63,334 nucleotides of DNA, filler included, from Reticulomyxa filosa (GCA_000512085.1; 28 parts of 28 records of this genome joined end to end with filler, not necessarily neighbours in it), one strand, 5' to 3'. Shown: positions 26,699 through 39,000, numbered from the whole stretch's first letter. Made by a program: numbers and translations. The notes: a model not told the origin generated them from the letters alone.

Positions 26699-27333
26699 GT
26701 TTGCCGTGAGTTCCTTCTAAGGAGGCCTTTATTTTTATACGAAAATAAAGAAAGGGTTCGTTTGGTCTCTAATCCTCTAAGTGGTATACTGGACCTCTGA
26801 CTTTTTTTGAAAGATATCAATGTTAAAATTGAAATTACTGAAATTTAACCGCTCTTGATGTAAGGATAGGTAGAAAAGTACAATTGACAAAAAATATTGG
26901 CCAAATTTCTTGTCAACGTGTTGACGAGTTCTAATTATTTGTAAATAATAAAAAAAAGAGGACAGAATGTCCGAAAAAAAATTTGCCTTTGGAGCAAATT
27001 TGAGAACGTGTTTTTTGGAATGCGGAAAAATATTTAAAAGAGGATGATTTGTAACCCTTGTATGCTCCAAAAAACCATTGGGGCTGAGTTTGTTTCTATT
27101 TTCTTGGAAATGGACAACTTATATTTTATAGTGTGTATGATGCAGAAAAATCCACAAAATAAAAACTTAAAAAAAACAAAATAAAACATAAAAAAAAAAT
27201 AAGAGGAAAAAAAAAAAGAGACGCGGAGAGAAAACGATGCCGAATGAAATAGTTTCTACCACCATTTGCGAAAAGAGTAAATAAATTCAGCCGAAAGTAC
27301 AAAATTAGTAAACAGCCAATTTATATTTCGGCT

Positions 27334-27675
27334 TTAAAGTTGTTCATTATGAAAAGTGTTCAGCCCAAACGATCCGAAATCATCATCTACTTGCTGCTCT
27401 TTAGAGTGCACCGGTTCAGTTGTCGTGACACCTATGGCCATGTCGTGGACAGACAATGGCGAAGAGTCAGATGTGTTGTTTCTGGAAGACTGGACAATGG
27501 CTCTACTCTGCTGTTGGGGATCATCCCCGGCAGTTTGTGCAACGTCCGTCCAAATCTGATCAGTGCCGCCGCTCTCCATGTCACTACCTTGCGCCAGTGG
27601 ATCTGTCTTGTCCGTCTGTGGAATATCAGCATCAGCCAAGTTCTCTGGGGATTGCACAAGCAAGTCACTTTTACC
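27334..27675 (-). CDS. Terminal exon of an acidic protein with a DDDFGSF motif (AP-1 gamma-ear/GGA-binding type)
   Basis: Ends QQVDDDFGSFGLNTFHNEQL*; the call rests on this motif only. Confidence 0.4.
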   Translation of the reverse strand, partial: GKSDLLVQSPENLADADIPQTDKTDPLAQGSDMESGGTDQIWTDVAQTAGDDPQQQSRAIVQSSRNNTSDSSPLSVHDMAIGVTTTEPVHSKEQQVDDDFGSFGLNTFHNEQL

Positions 27676-27933
27676 AATTGCAAACAACACATTAAAAAAA
27701 AATTGAAAAGTTTGTATGGTAATAACAATAAAAAAAAAAAAAAAAAAAAAAAGACAAAAGTAAAACTACANNNNNNNNNNNNNNNNNNNNNNNNNNNNNN
27801 NNNNNNNNNNNNNNTTAATTAATTAANNNNNNNNNNNNNNNNNNNNNNNNNNNNNNNNNNNNNNNNNNNNTTTTTTCTTTTAAAAAGGGGGCCACTAAAA
27901 AAAAAAAAAAAAAACTCGCACAGTTAAAACTTT

Positions 27934-28750
27934 TCAACAACAACCAGTTTTTTTTTCTGGTTCCTCCTTTTTGCCCAGCCCAAGAACATCTTTGGACGTA
28001 AAATTAAGTGAAACAGTGCCTTCAGTCCGAAGTGCGTTTCTAATGATTGTCTGAAAGGCCTGTTCGACATTTACATTGTCCTTCGCAGATGTTTCAAGAA
28101 ATGGCAGGCCATTTTTGTTTTGACACCACTGTCTTGCAGCAGCCTCAGAGATCTTTCTCTCTGCCTTTGCAACATCAGCCTTATTTCCTAACACTAAAAA
28201 TGGGAAGTCCTTTGAATTTGAAGTATCCGCATGTGTAAAAAACTCATTCATCCACGAGTCCAATGCATCAAAAGATGATTGATTTGTAATGTCATATACT
28301 AATATGCAGGCGTCTATCCAAACAAATCATATTTGTAGACACAAAAAAAAAAAAAAAACAAAAAAAAAAAACACACATTTGCATGCATACCAGCTCCGCG
28401 AAAGAAAGTTCCTCCCAAACTTCTGAATCTTTCTTGTCCGGCTGTATCCCATATCTGCATTGTCACGATCTTATCGTCAACTACAATCTCCTTTGTTAGG
28501 AAATCTGCGCCAATTGTAGGCTTATATGACTTCGAAAACTTGTCGTGAATATATTGGTTCATCAGCGAGGTTTTACCCACGCTGTCAAACAAACGCCATT
28601 CTGCAAATCTCGTTTTCACAAACTTAGCACAAAACATACCCTGAGTCTCCCAAAAGAACGACTTTCAAAAGCACCTTCTTTCTATACCAAACAAAACAAA
28701 CAATGGATTTTACTCATGCATTTTCAAAAAACACCAAACCTGTGAGCCAT
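27934..28750 (-). CDS. RAB7: Rab7-like small GTPase, 4 exons
   Basis: [18 protein letters not shown]|[50 protein letters not shown]; C-terminal CC prenylation site. Confidence 0.93.
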
Positions 28751-29656
28751 AATCAATATCTACTCAATGCTAAAAATTCACTTTAAAAGTAGCCCCTTCA
28801 CGCTTACCTAAAAAAAACTCAAATTCAAAAAATAACAATAAATTAAAGTTTATCTCACTGAAATTATAATAAATAAATCACAGAAACTTACCTCTCTCAA
28901 AAAATTTTTTAAATGACGACAGCTTAAAAAGGCAAATTTTATATTGGTGCAGTACAATGTTTAAGTAACATAGAATCATAATTGACTCAGCTTTTTTATT
29001 TAATCAATTCAACTTGCTTCAATTTATTTTGAAACTTCACAACAAATATGCGTTGAGCCGGTTAAACGAGTTAAGTAAGAGTGCCACAGTTAGTTTTTCA
29101 TGTTTGAGTAAAAATTTTAAATTCTGTCCGTATTTTGTTGTTGATGGTATGCTGTTATTAATTTTCTTTATTTTAATTTTTTTATCTGTCAAAAAGACAT
29201 TTTTTTTGTTTTTAAATAAATATTTCCAAAAGAACTTGTTTAAAATATTGGGACCTATTCGTGTCATTTTAATCGGTATTATTAGTAAAGATATCATTCA
29301 ACTTTCTTTTTAAAATATTGCATTTGATCATCTCTAAAAAATGTTTGACAAAAACCAATATTTTTTGTATATTACTGTGGTTTTTATTAAAATAAGTGTC
29401 CTGTTGTTGAAACTACAAAAGCAAAGCAAAATTTTTTCTTTGGGACGGAAGGTTATTTTTGGGTGTTGGAATACATAATCAATGTCTTCAAGTATCAGTA
29501 ACTTTTGGATTGACAAAAATTTGAAATTGGAATGCGCCATAATACCAGTAAATCAAAACACAACTTCATATCTAGCAAAAAATGATGTGAACAAGCAACA
29601 AAAGAAAGAATAAGTTGTTTTTTTTTGTTTGCTGTTATTTTTATGGGTGCACGAAG

Positions 29657-29890
29657 GTGTCTGAGCGAATTCGATGGTTAGTGGAGCATTGTGACAAAGG
29701 GATAGCAGAAGACGAGCTAAAAGACCTTTACGAGTTTGTATTTGGGGAGAGTTTCAGCGTGTCAAAATTTGGGCCATTTACCACGATGATTGAAATGATC
29801 GCATCAACACGTGGGGTGTATCGTGAAATCGGAAGGAATGGTAGTCACGTGTTGAGATCGGATCTGAGAGACGAGTCGTTATTGGAAGTT
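29657..29890 (+). CDS. Exon encoding a LOTUS/OST-HTH-like domain
   Basis: IRWLVEHCDKGIAEDELKDLYEFVFGESFSVSKFGPFTTMIEMIASTRGV fits the LOTUS pattern G(I)xxxxLxxxYxxxFG...FG-F. Confidence 0.6.
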
Positions 29891-30326
29891 AAGATGCAAT
29901 TAAATCTATTAAAAAAAAAAAAAAAAAAAAAAAANNNNNNNNNNNNNNNNNNNNNNNNNNNNNNNNNNNNNNNNNNNNTTAATTAATTAANNNNNNNNNN
30001 NNNNNNNNNNNNNNNNNNNNNNNNNNNNNNNNNNTACTCGTTCAGGATCAGGAATTTTTTCAATAGTGGGAGTTTCATCTTTTTTCATTCAAGCTCCTTT
30101 TTTTAAGTTGATGAAAATATCCTTGCATAGTTTCAGTTTGTAGAAATGCATACAAAGATAAAATCAAGTTTTTTTCAATTTTTTTTTATTTTTTGCTATT
30201 ACGAGTGGTTTCTAAAATAAATTGCGAGAAACGTAGTTTTGTGTTCAATCAAACAACGCTATGTAATATACGAGATTTTTTTATTTTTTGTTCCTTGTCA
30301 AAAAAAAACTCATTGAATTGACCGGC

Positions 30327-30900
30327 ATGGCCGCAATGCAACAGCCAGATTCATTGTCCGATGATGAATTCCTCCTAACGAGTGAAAATGAAGGGGATAA
30401 TATTGATCAAACAAAGAAAAGATTGAAGGATGAAGATGACAAAATTGATAACGTTCAAGAAGACAAATCAAAAACACTATCTGATATTGAAAGAATTTTA
30501 GAAATGGCCCTTGCTAGGCTACCAACACCCAAAGCAAAAATATTAGCTAAAAACTGTAATATGATATCAAATCCTTTATATTTTGGTGACTCGGTTGATG
30601 AAATCGAAAATAGATTGAAAAACCACTCAAGCAATTTATTTGCAGTAACCGCTACAATTGCGCCAAACAAAAAATATCGAAGAAGAAACGATACAATTAA
30701 GTATGAATGCTACACCTTCCCTTACATAGCATCAAAAGATGCAGATTGCTCAAGGGGTGTATGCACAAGCTGTAACACGCATTTTTATTTGTATCACAAA
30801 TATGAATGTATTTGGCAGTTACAATGTGGACATCATCTATACATAGACTGCATCCATAAATATTTTGAAATGTGTTAGGAAAAACATTTAAGTTGGCCCA
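30327..30900 (+). pseudogene. Protein with a degenerate C-terminal RING-H2 finger
   Basis: CTSC...LQCGHHLYIDCIHKYFEMC*. One His ligand is replaced, a stop precedes the last Cys pair, and a MITE lies just downstream. Confidence 0.5.
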
Positions 30901-30923
30901 AAATTTGGACCAATTTCATTCTA

Positions 30924-31109
30924 CAGTAGGTTGCAAAGAAAACTGAACGCCTGGATAAAATTATTTGAAAGAATGATGATTTCATCCAACAAAAAAAAAA
31001 GTTATTAAAAAAACCAATTTCATATTTAAAAATTACAAGATTTGTAGATATTTTTTTAAATAAAATAAAAATTAGGTCTAAATGTTGATTTTTCATTGAG
31101 AAAATCAAT
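30924..31109 (+). mobile_element. MITE copy, left part (Tc1/mariner-type TIR, TA flank)
   Basis: TA|CAGTAGGTTGCAAAGAAAACTGAACGC...; the internal sequence overlaps the reverse complement of 33575-33740. Confidence 0.85.
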
Positions 31110-31210
31110 NNNNNNNNNNNNNNNNNNNNNNNNNNNNNNNNNNNNNNNNNNNNTTAATTAATTAANNNNNNNNNNNNNNNNNNNNNNNNNNNNNNNNNNN
31201 NNNNNNNNNT

Positions 31211-31417
31211 AATACAATTCGTTTTTGGGATATCCGATCGAATAAGAATGAATTGTATGTAATGAAAGGAGATGAGAAAAAAGATAGAGGAATAATGTGC
31301 CTTAAATTTGTATCATTAAAAAAGAAAGGAAAAAGCAATGGACACAAATTAAATGATGGTTGTTGTGTTAATTTATGTTATGGTTCATGCAATGGTCCAA
31401 TTCGTGTTATGATATAA
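31211..31417 (+). CDS. C-terminus of a WD40-repeat protein
   Basis: NTIRFWDIRSNKNELYVMKG...LCYGSCNGPIRVMI*; not in the ORF track because it has no start codon. Confidence 0.75.
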   Translation, partial: NTIRFWDIRSNKNELYVMKGDEKKDRGIMCLKFVSLKKKGKSNGHKLNDGCCVNLCYGSCNGPIRVMI

Positions 31418-32279
31418 TGCACATAAATGAAGTTATTTTGAATTTACAACAATTTTTGTGAAATGAAAATATATTGACGAAAGTTTGCTTGTTTCCATTT
31501 TTCAATGCATCAATTTTAAAATTTGAAGTGTGTGAAATATCCACAAAATTTTAACTTTCCCATTAGCAACTACTTTGCTTAAAATTTGACAGTAAGACCA
31601 GTTCATTATTTATGAAGTTTTTAAGTGTAGCGAATCTGTTGAAGTCGTTTCTTTTTTATGTTTATTTTATTAGGAAATAAAACTATTTTCAAGAAGAAAT
31701 TGAACAAGCTTTGAATTTTTTTATTCATTTATGCCAACAATTCAACATTTTCATAGAATAGGCATAAATCTTCTGATTTAAGACAAGTACATTGACCACT
31801 AAATAACGAACGAGAAACTTCACACATTATAAAGGAAGTTACATATGCTAAATAGTGATATTAATTTTAACAGTAATAAATATTGATATTTTGATCGCAA
31901 TTTCATAAAAAAAACAAAAAGAAAAGACAACATAGCCAACAACGGATTTGTCAAAATCATTGATCCGTGCAAATTGAATGTATAATACTTGACATTTTAC
32001 AAGACTTATTTTCTGCTTATTAGTTTGGTGTTATGATTTTGTATTATATTGAAATCGCTGAATAATAAACAGATAAGTAGATCTCACACATTTGTCTCCC
32101 TTATAAAAAATAAAAAAAGACATCAATTCAACTTTTAATCCTAATTTGGCTTTTATTTAAAAATCAATTTTTTATCTGAATAATGTATTGCAATGTTGTT
32201 TTTTTTTCAAAAATGTCGTCACATCTCCTTTTTTCAAAAAAAGCTAAAAACTACTTAAAAATTCAGCAACATCAACAAC

Positions 32280-33521
32280 ATGACTGATCAAAATTCTTCT
32301 GAAAGACAAACCGAGCAAACTGAACAAAGTCAACATCTTATTACTTCAACTTCCTTTCAAATTTAAAGGCTTTGCCCACTCCACTTAGGCAAGCTCAATG
32401 TGTACTTTACAAAGATGAACTCATCATTTGTGGAGGTGCTCTTCAAAAAGACTGCTATTCTTATCATACAATCAAAAACGAATACAAGTTTATCTGTAAG
32501 TATCCAACCAATGTTAAATTAGACGGGCACTGCGTAGTGAAATTGATAGGTAACAACAAAAACAGCAATGAAATCACTTTACTGTCTTTTGGTGGATGGA
32601 TTAAACATACACTGGTGATGAAATATGTAAGTGTTTGGAGTAATGACAATGAAATGAATAAATCAGAGAAATCAATCAATTACAATCGATGGGTCCCTTT
32701 CACAGACAATAAAAATCATCCAGTTAATATTGGAGGATATCAAGATAGTTATATTGGAGTGCATGCATTGATTGGTGGAAGCAACAATCATTTATTATTT
32801 ATAACCTATCTTGTTAATAATATTAGCGTATTTGATTTAAATACATTTCAATTTATTAAACATGATAAATTACCAACTGGTTATATTAAGGATAATTGCT
32901 TTGTGTCGAAGTCAGAAAATGGGCAAGAAATGATGAGAACAAACAAAGAAAAAAATAATAAAATTTATGAAATGTTGTTGTTTTGTAAAAATACAGGATT
33001 ATCAATTGAATATGATGAAGACAACAACACTTTTAAAAGTTATCCAATATCTGTTTGTGATGATATTGCACCATTCTATCATTATGCATATGCGCGTATC
33101 AATGACATAATCTTGTTCTTTGGTGGATGGAGTGATATTAAACGATTTGCTTCAAAATCAGTGTATAAATATTCAATTCAAGAAAAAAAATGGATGGCAT
33201 TTCAAAACGCTTTGCCTAGCGCATTATATAATTGTATTGCAATACCGAATGAAGAGAACACTTATATACACATTATTGGAGGAGGATATGATGAAAATAG
33301 CGCGTTAGCAATTCACATGAAGACAAAGGTGCGTGTATGGGATCCTTTACAATTGGTAATGATTTGTTTTTTTTTGATCTAATATAAATAAATTTTATGC
33401 AAATAATAAACAGTCAAAAAGTGAAATAAAATTTGTCATTCAATATTGGATCCGAACTTCAAAGATAAAATTAGTATGGGTATATGATCTTGATAAATTT
33501 ATTTTCAAATATAGTAAATGA
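32280..33521 (+). CDS. Kelch-repeat protein with the shared module as terminal exon; 1-nt frameshift near 32363
   Basis: Repeated GG-containing blades (LIICGG, LLSFGG, ALIGG, ILFFGG, IHIIGG). A phase-0 intron follows WDPLQL, then SKSEIKFVIQYWIRTSKIKLVWVYDLDKFIFKYSK*. Confidence 0.88.
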
Positions 33522-33574
33522 AATAAAGTTTGACATGTATAAATAATTAATTTTTTCATGAAGAAGCATATCTA

Positions 33575-33740
33575 CAGTAGGTTGCAAAGAAAACTGAACG
33601 CATAAAACATATATTATGATGATAATTGATTTTCTCAATGAAAAGTCAACATTCAGACCTAATTTTTTTTAAAAAAATATCTGCAAGTCTTGTAGTTTTT
33701 AAATATGAAATTGATTTTTTAATAACTTTTTTTTTGTTGG
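33575..33740 (-). mobile_element. MITE copy in opposite orientation, truncated by the contig end
   Basis: Same 27-bp TIR preceded by TA; the internal sequence is the reverse complement of the other two copies. Confidence 0.85.
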
Positions 33741-33840
33741 NNNNNNNNNNNNNNNNNNNNNNNNNNNNNNNNNNNNNNNNNNNNTTAATTAATTAANNNN
33801 NNNNNNNNNNNNNNNNNNNNNNNNNNNNNNNNNNNNNNNN

Positions 33841-34314
33841 AAAATCTGTGAATGAAATCCAACGTTTTGGTGTCAATCACCGTCGATCGCTCCTGGAACT
33901 CTTTTTCCATCATTTTCCACAACCCCATGCGCTAAATCAAGTATTTGAAAACAAATAAACAAACATGCACTCAACACCGTCCGTTTACATATATGCATAT
34001 ACATATATATATATATGTATATATATAATATCTTTTCTTTACAAAACTACAATAGGATTCAACTTTTGAAGCAGTCGCAACAAAATTTCACGGAAAGCAG
34101 AAATGACGCTGGAAAAGTAGAGAGTGACTTGTCTCCACATATCGCCCAAGTCAAATTTGTCCTTGCTCTTTTGATTGCACGTAAGAGCATCTCTACTGGC
34201 CAAAAATTCCAACACTGGAAATAACCCTTCCATTGTGCTTTGATTTATCGATAGTTCCAGCAATAGCTGACCCAAAAGTTCAATCACATGTAAACACATA
34301 CATATAATATATAC

Positions 34315-34352
<38 letters not shown>

Positions 34353-35210
34353 GTGTGTATATGTGCATGTAATCCTGTATTGTATTTCAAACTGTATATT
34401 TGTCAACAATCCACGAGGTTAAAAGCATTTGCTCATTTTCATTGTCGACTTTGGATACATCACTGCTGTTGTCATTGTTGTTGTTATTGTTGCTGTTGCT
34501 GTTGCTGTTGTTGCTGTTGCTGTTGCTGTTATTGTTATTGTTATTGTTATTGTTATTGTTGTTATTGTTGTTGGAGTTTTGCCTCTTGTATTTGCCTTGA
34601 TTGTATTTGCCTTGATTGTATTTGTTTTTTGTCCTCTGGTCTTTTTGTTCGATTTGCGTTGAAACGAATACACGTCATGATAATAGCGCGTGGCCGTCCC
34701 CTCGCTTTCTTGGCTTGGCTTTGGTGGCGCTTGCAGCTGCTCGATCATCGCGCACAAATAGGACAGTCCCTTGGCGCGTTGAACGGGTATACCATTCAAT
34801 AGCTTTCCAATCACATTTAATCTTTTGAGTTTTGTTGTTTTGTTGTTTTTTGTATTTATGTATAAGTATATATGTATATATATTTTTTTTTTTTTGTGAT
34901 TAAAACACACACACACACACACAAACTGGATTTTCATAGCACTTTCGTGGGCGAAAATTTGAGATGAAATCAATTTGGGATCCGTGCAAAAGCGCTGAAG
35001 AATGTCGCGCAGTTCATTCCAATGGGTAAAGTTGTCTTGACTTTCAAAGGTCCTCACGTCCATACTTTCGCTCCATTGGATTAACAGTCCCGATAAACTC
35101 CCATACATTTTTGGGATAAACGACGGATCGAGATATCGACACAATTGAAACAATAGAAAAAGAATGTCATTTAGTGTGGCCACGGATACCACCGATGTCT
35201 TTTCACACAA
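33841..35210 (-). CDS. Helical hypothetical protein, internal exons, with a Thr-rich dipeptide-repeat insert
   Basis: Leu-rich exons (ILFLLFQLCRYLDPSFIPKMY..., IELLGQLLLELSINQ...) separated by TA/CA-rich introns. Confidence 0.45.
34484..34572. repeat. Hexanucleotide microsatellite (GCTGTT/ATTGTT)n
   Basis: Directly visible. Confidence 0.9.
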
Positions 35211-35218
35211 GGAAAATA

Positions 35219-35249
<31 letters not shown>

Positions 35250-35349
35250 NNNNNNNNNNNNNNNNNNNNNNNNNNNNNNNNNNNNNNNNNNNNTTAATTA
35301 ATTAANNNNNNNNNNNNNNNNNNNNNNNNNNNNNNNNNNNNNNNNNNNN

Positions 35350-35852
35350 AGTCCATTCGCGCGACAGCGTATACCAGCCGCTGCCGATGAACACCAGGCT
35401 TCGCGCGTTGTCACTGCAATGGTGGATCATTGTCGTTATTACCAATGCCAATTCTTGCTGTACCAACGGCTTGTCACTCATCCAATACGCATAAAACAGC
35501 ACTTCCCATATTTGGTTCATCAATATATCTGATATTACCACTTGCGAGTTTGCGAGTGTCTTCGTTACTTCTTTCACCCCTTTTTTTTAAAAAAACCATC
35601 ATTTGTTATATGGCATGTAAAAAATTGTATTGTGTTTGTTAAAAAAAAAAGGGGGCAATTGCTTTTTTTTAAAAAAAGGGGAAACACTACGATGACAAAA
35701 AAAACACCTTGATCTCGTATATATCTTTCGGTCGCTGCCAATTTTTGGGTTATTGGCATCTTATTTGTGAGCACTTGGCTTTGTTTGAGTTTTGATTGCT
35801 TCTTATTTTGAGAATCATTGTCTTTCTTTTGTTGATTCTTTGGTGCGTTCAC
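35350..35852 (-). CDS. RRP1: RRP1/Nop52 ribosome biogenesis protein, 5' part
   Basis: QKLAATERYIRDQG|VKEV..IWEVLFYAYWMSDKPLVQQELA..TLSREW is the Nop52 signature. Confidence 0.88.
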
Positions 35853-36521
35853 TTTGGGAGGCTATATTCCTGTCTTCTCAAAACGGTTCTTTGGGATCTG
35901 AATGTTTGGATCGGGATTTGCTGCATACTTTTGCAATAATTCAGTTCAAATCAATCCAAAATTTCTTATACTTTCGTCATATGCTTTTCAATTTTGATGT
36001 GTTTTTTTTTTATTATTCAATTTTTTCGTTATTCAGAGCACTTGTTTTCAAAATGTACACCGTACTGTTGTTCACAAGCAGTCATTTTCCAAAAAAAAAC
36101 ATCAGTACTCTATACTTAACCATTTTTAAATTTTCTTTTTTTTGTTTGTGAACTGATTGTGCTTTCCTTTTACGACGATAAGGCATGATATTATGAAAAG
36201 GGTGTTAAACTTGTTCTAACTTTTATGCTTTACTTGTTTACACAAAAAAAGTCGAGCATATTTTTTCTTGTAAAATATGTTTAAACAAGAAATCTAATGA
36301 AATCAATTGCTTATCTTTAGAAATAAAATAAAAAAAAAAAATTTTCAATTTTAACTACATATTCTGAANNNNNNNNNNNNNNNNNNNNNNNNNNNNNNNN
36401 NNNNNNNNNNNNTTAATTAATTAANNNNNNNNNNNNNNNNNNNNNNNNNNNNNNNNNNNNNNNNNNNNTTTTTTTTCTTTCCCCTTTTGCTTTTTTTTTT
36501 TTTTGTCCTCCTCCTCTTCTT

Positions 36522-36960
36522 CTATTTATGCTCATGGTCATACCAATTGAGCTTGAAATAACAACAATTAACAGTTTGTGTGTACGTTGATAGAATGGAT
36601 GCTAAAAAAAAAAAAAAAAAAATTAACTCTGACAAAAAGTGAAAATATTGTTTGGCGGTTTGTGATGATATCGATGATATCACTTGTGTTTGGTCCAAGA
36701 GGTCCATGAAATCCTCATAGTCCAGTGTATCATCGAAGTCATCTTCCAATATTCGACGCAAATTCTTTATTGCTTTTGGTGTCTTCTGCTATCGGATTGT
36801 TGTTTTGTACTGTTGTTCTTCCCAACAAAACAAAAAATGTCAGCCCATATATCTCAACACATAAACATTGTTCTTCCTACCTTTGATGACATTACTCTGG
36901 TATATCTTGAGATATTGTATTAAAGTTCCAATTTCGTTTGGACATTGATATTGTTACCCT
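36522..36960 (-). CDS. Possible EF-hand protein fragment
   Basis: LEDDFDDTLDYEDFMDLL resembles an EF-hand loop. Confidence 0.35.
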
Positions 36961-37078
36961 ACTCCCCTTTTAAAAAAAATATTTGCTTTAAATATTTTAT
37001 ATTTCTAAATCATTTTTTATTTCATCTGCTCTTCTTATCGGTACACATAAAAAACGTGCAGAAGTTTTGTTAAAATTC

Positions 37079-38413
37079 ATGTCAAGGAAAGAATATGGCA
37101 GTGGTCAAATAAAATTAGCAAGTGTGAAAATTATTATACTGGAAATTTAATTTTTTTTTGTATGATAGACAACATAAAGTTATTTGCGCTTCTTTGTAGC
37201 CAAAAGCAACGGAACACAAGGAAAAACGCCTTTCGTTTTTGTACAAGCGTATGTGCGGAAGAAACAAAAATCACTCTTGCCAAGGATCTTGAGTTCACCC
37301 GTCGATTCCACGCATGGCAACCGACTTACAAGCTATTGAAAGCAAAGATACAAATGAAGGATCGGAAGGTTATTTTGAAAAAAAAACTGTTGAGCAACTT
37401 TGGTTACTATCACTGAAGGTCGAACAAAGAAAAAAATAAAAACAAGAATGAGTTAAATATTTGGGCATGCATGAAGTGTCGGTTTTTGTCACAGATATGT
37501 TTCGTAGCCATTGGACAGACAGACCATTGTTGAAACAAGTGTTGAATCATTGGAGCAATGAATGGTCGAGAGAAAGGGAAAGAAAATCGCATTTGATGAA
37601 TCGATGGGTAAGCGATTTGGATAATATAGTGCTTCGATATGCACATAACGAGTGTTGGCGTTTGCACTTTCGAAAAGACAGAACATCAAATCCAAGCAAC
37701 ATCAAATTGGAAAATGAAGGCACGTTGATTCAGATCTCTCAATTTTGCAATGTGTATTTGCCGACATGTTATGCTGTCACTGAAAATGTCCACGTGTGGC
37801 GCTTCAAGGTTGATAGATTCACACATTACAAAATAACGAGGCAGCCTCATAACGATGCACATTCAGCACACTTTTTATTTTATTTTTTGTGGGGGGGGGG
37901 GATGTCAATCACAGATCCATGGAGGTGCCAACTCAACTATAGTGTTGGGTGTTGCCAATGCTAATAAAACATACGGAATCAATGATGAAATTGATTGTTT
38001 CGTTGTTTTCTTTCTTTTTTTTTTTTTTTTATTGTCACCGACTTATTGTTGTTCCATTGATGTGCAAGAACTTTGTGTGTATGTGTGTGTGTATGGTTTT
38101 TTTTATTTTTTTAAAAAAAAAAGTGTGGGGTATAACCATCGACATAACTCACAAACAAGAATTTATGATAGATTTGCAGTTCAAAGTGAGTGAGAAACTT
38201 CTGCAGATACAGAATGTCACTGAAAGCTCTAATGAAATTCAACAAGCCTCTCTTCGGTTCATTCGAAGTTTCAATCGGTATTATCAATGGAAAAAGTTAA
38301 TATTCGTTCCATACATACGCGTCCGAGGCCATCTTACTACCATTCAAATCATCAAAATTACGCCTGCAATGTATGGAGATCGACATGCTCAAACCGATGT
38401 CTCCTTTCAATAA
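37079..38413 (+). CDS. Multi-exon protein with a divergent copy of the shared module and a SPRY/B30.2-like beta domain
   Basis: LLKQVLNHWS...NRWVSDLDNIVLRYA, then HVWRFKVD, IVLGVAN, WGITIDI and FVPYIRV beta-strand segments. Confidence 0.5.
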
Positions 38414-38721
38414 TTTTTTTCTTTGTATGTTTTATCATTACTGTTACTACTTATCTTGGTTCTTTTCCTTGTTTGATACAATACATTCAAAGTAAGTGAA
38501 CAAACATACACCCGAGTTAACATTTGAATTGTATTGTCTAAGTTAAAGAGCTTTTTTAATGTAAGGTTATTTCACTCGAATGATACATCAAAACAAGTGC
38601 ACGTTCCCACTTTTTTTTCCAACTTCAAAGTTGTAATGCATGTCCGACTCTCTTTGCTTGTCAAAGAAAAAAAAAGGGATATTTTTTTACTAAAAAAGGC
38701 CATTCGTTGATTTTTGTATGG

Positions 38722-39000
38722 ATGGCGAAGTTGCGCGTGTGCTATGGGGATGTGGTGGAATTATCAGACAAGAAGCAGGGGGCAGTGAAGTATATTGGAC
38801 ATACAGATTTCGTGCCAGGGCGCACTTGGTTTGGAATTGAGTTAGAAACGAACGAAGGGAAACATGACGGAAGAGTAAGAAACCGAGTGTATTTTACGTG
38901 CGCAGTAGAACCATGGCATATTTGTGCAATCGAAAGATGTGGTGACGGTCTTGAAAAGTAATTTTTCCAAAAAACAAAGAAAAGTGAAGGATAGGGTTTT
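38722..39000 (+). CDS. CAP-Gly domain protein, 5' part, with a frameshift near 38903
   Basis: GAVKYIGHTDFVPGRTWFGIELETNEGKHDGRVRNRVYFTC; HGIFV continues in another frame. Confidence 0.88.

Noticed and set aside
34353-34802. Poly-Cys, poly-Leu and Cys-His ORFs (also 55975-56373) resembling metallothioneins
   Set aside because: They are antisense or alternative-frame translations of microsatellites in genes on the other strand.
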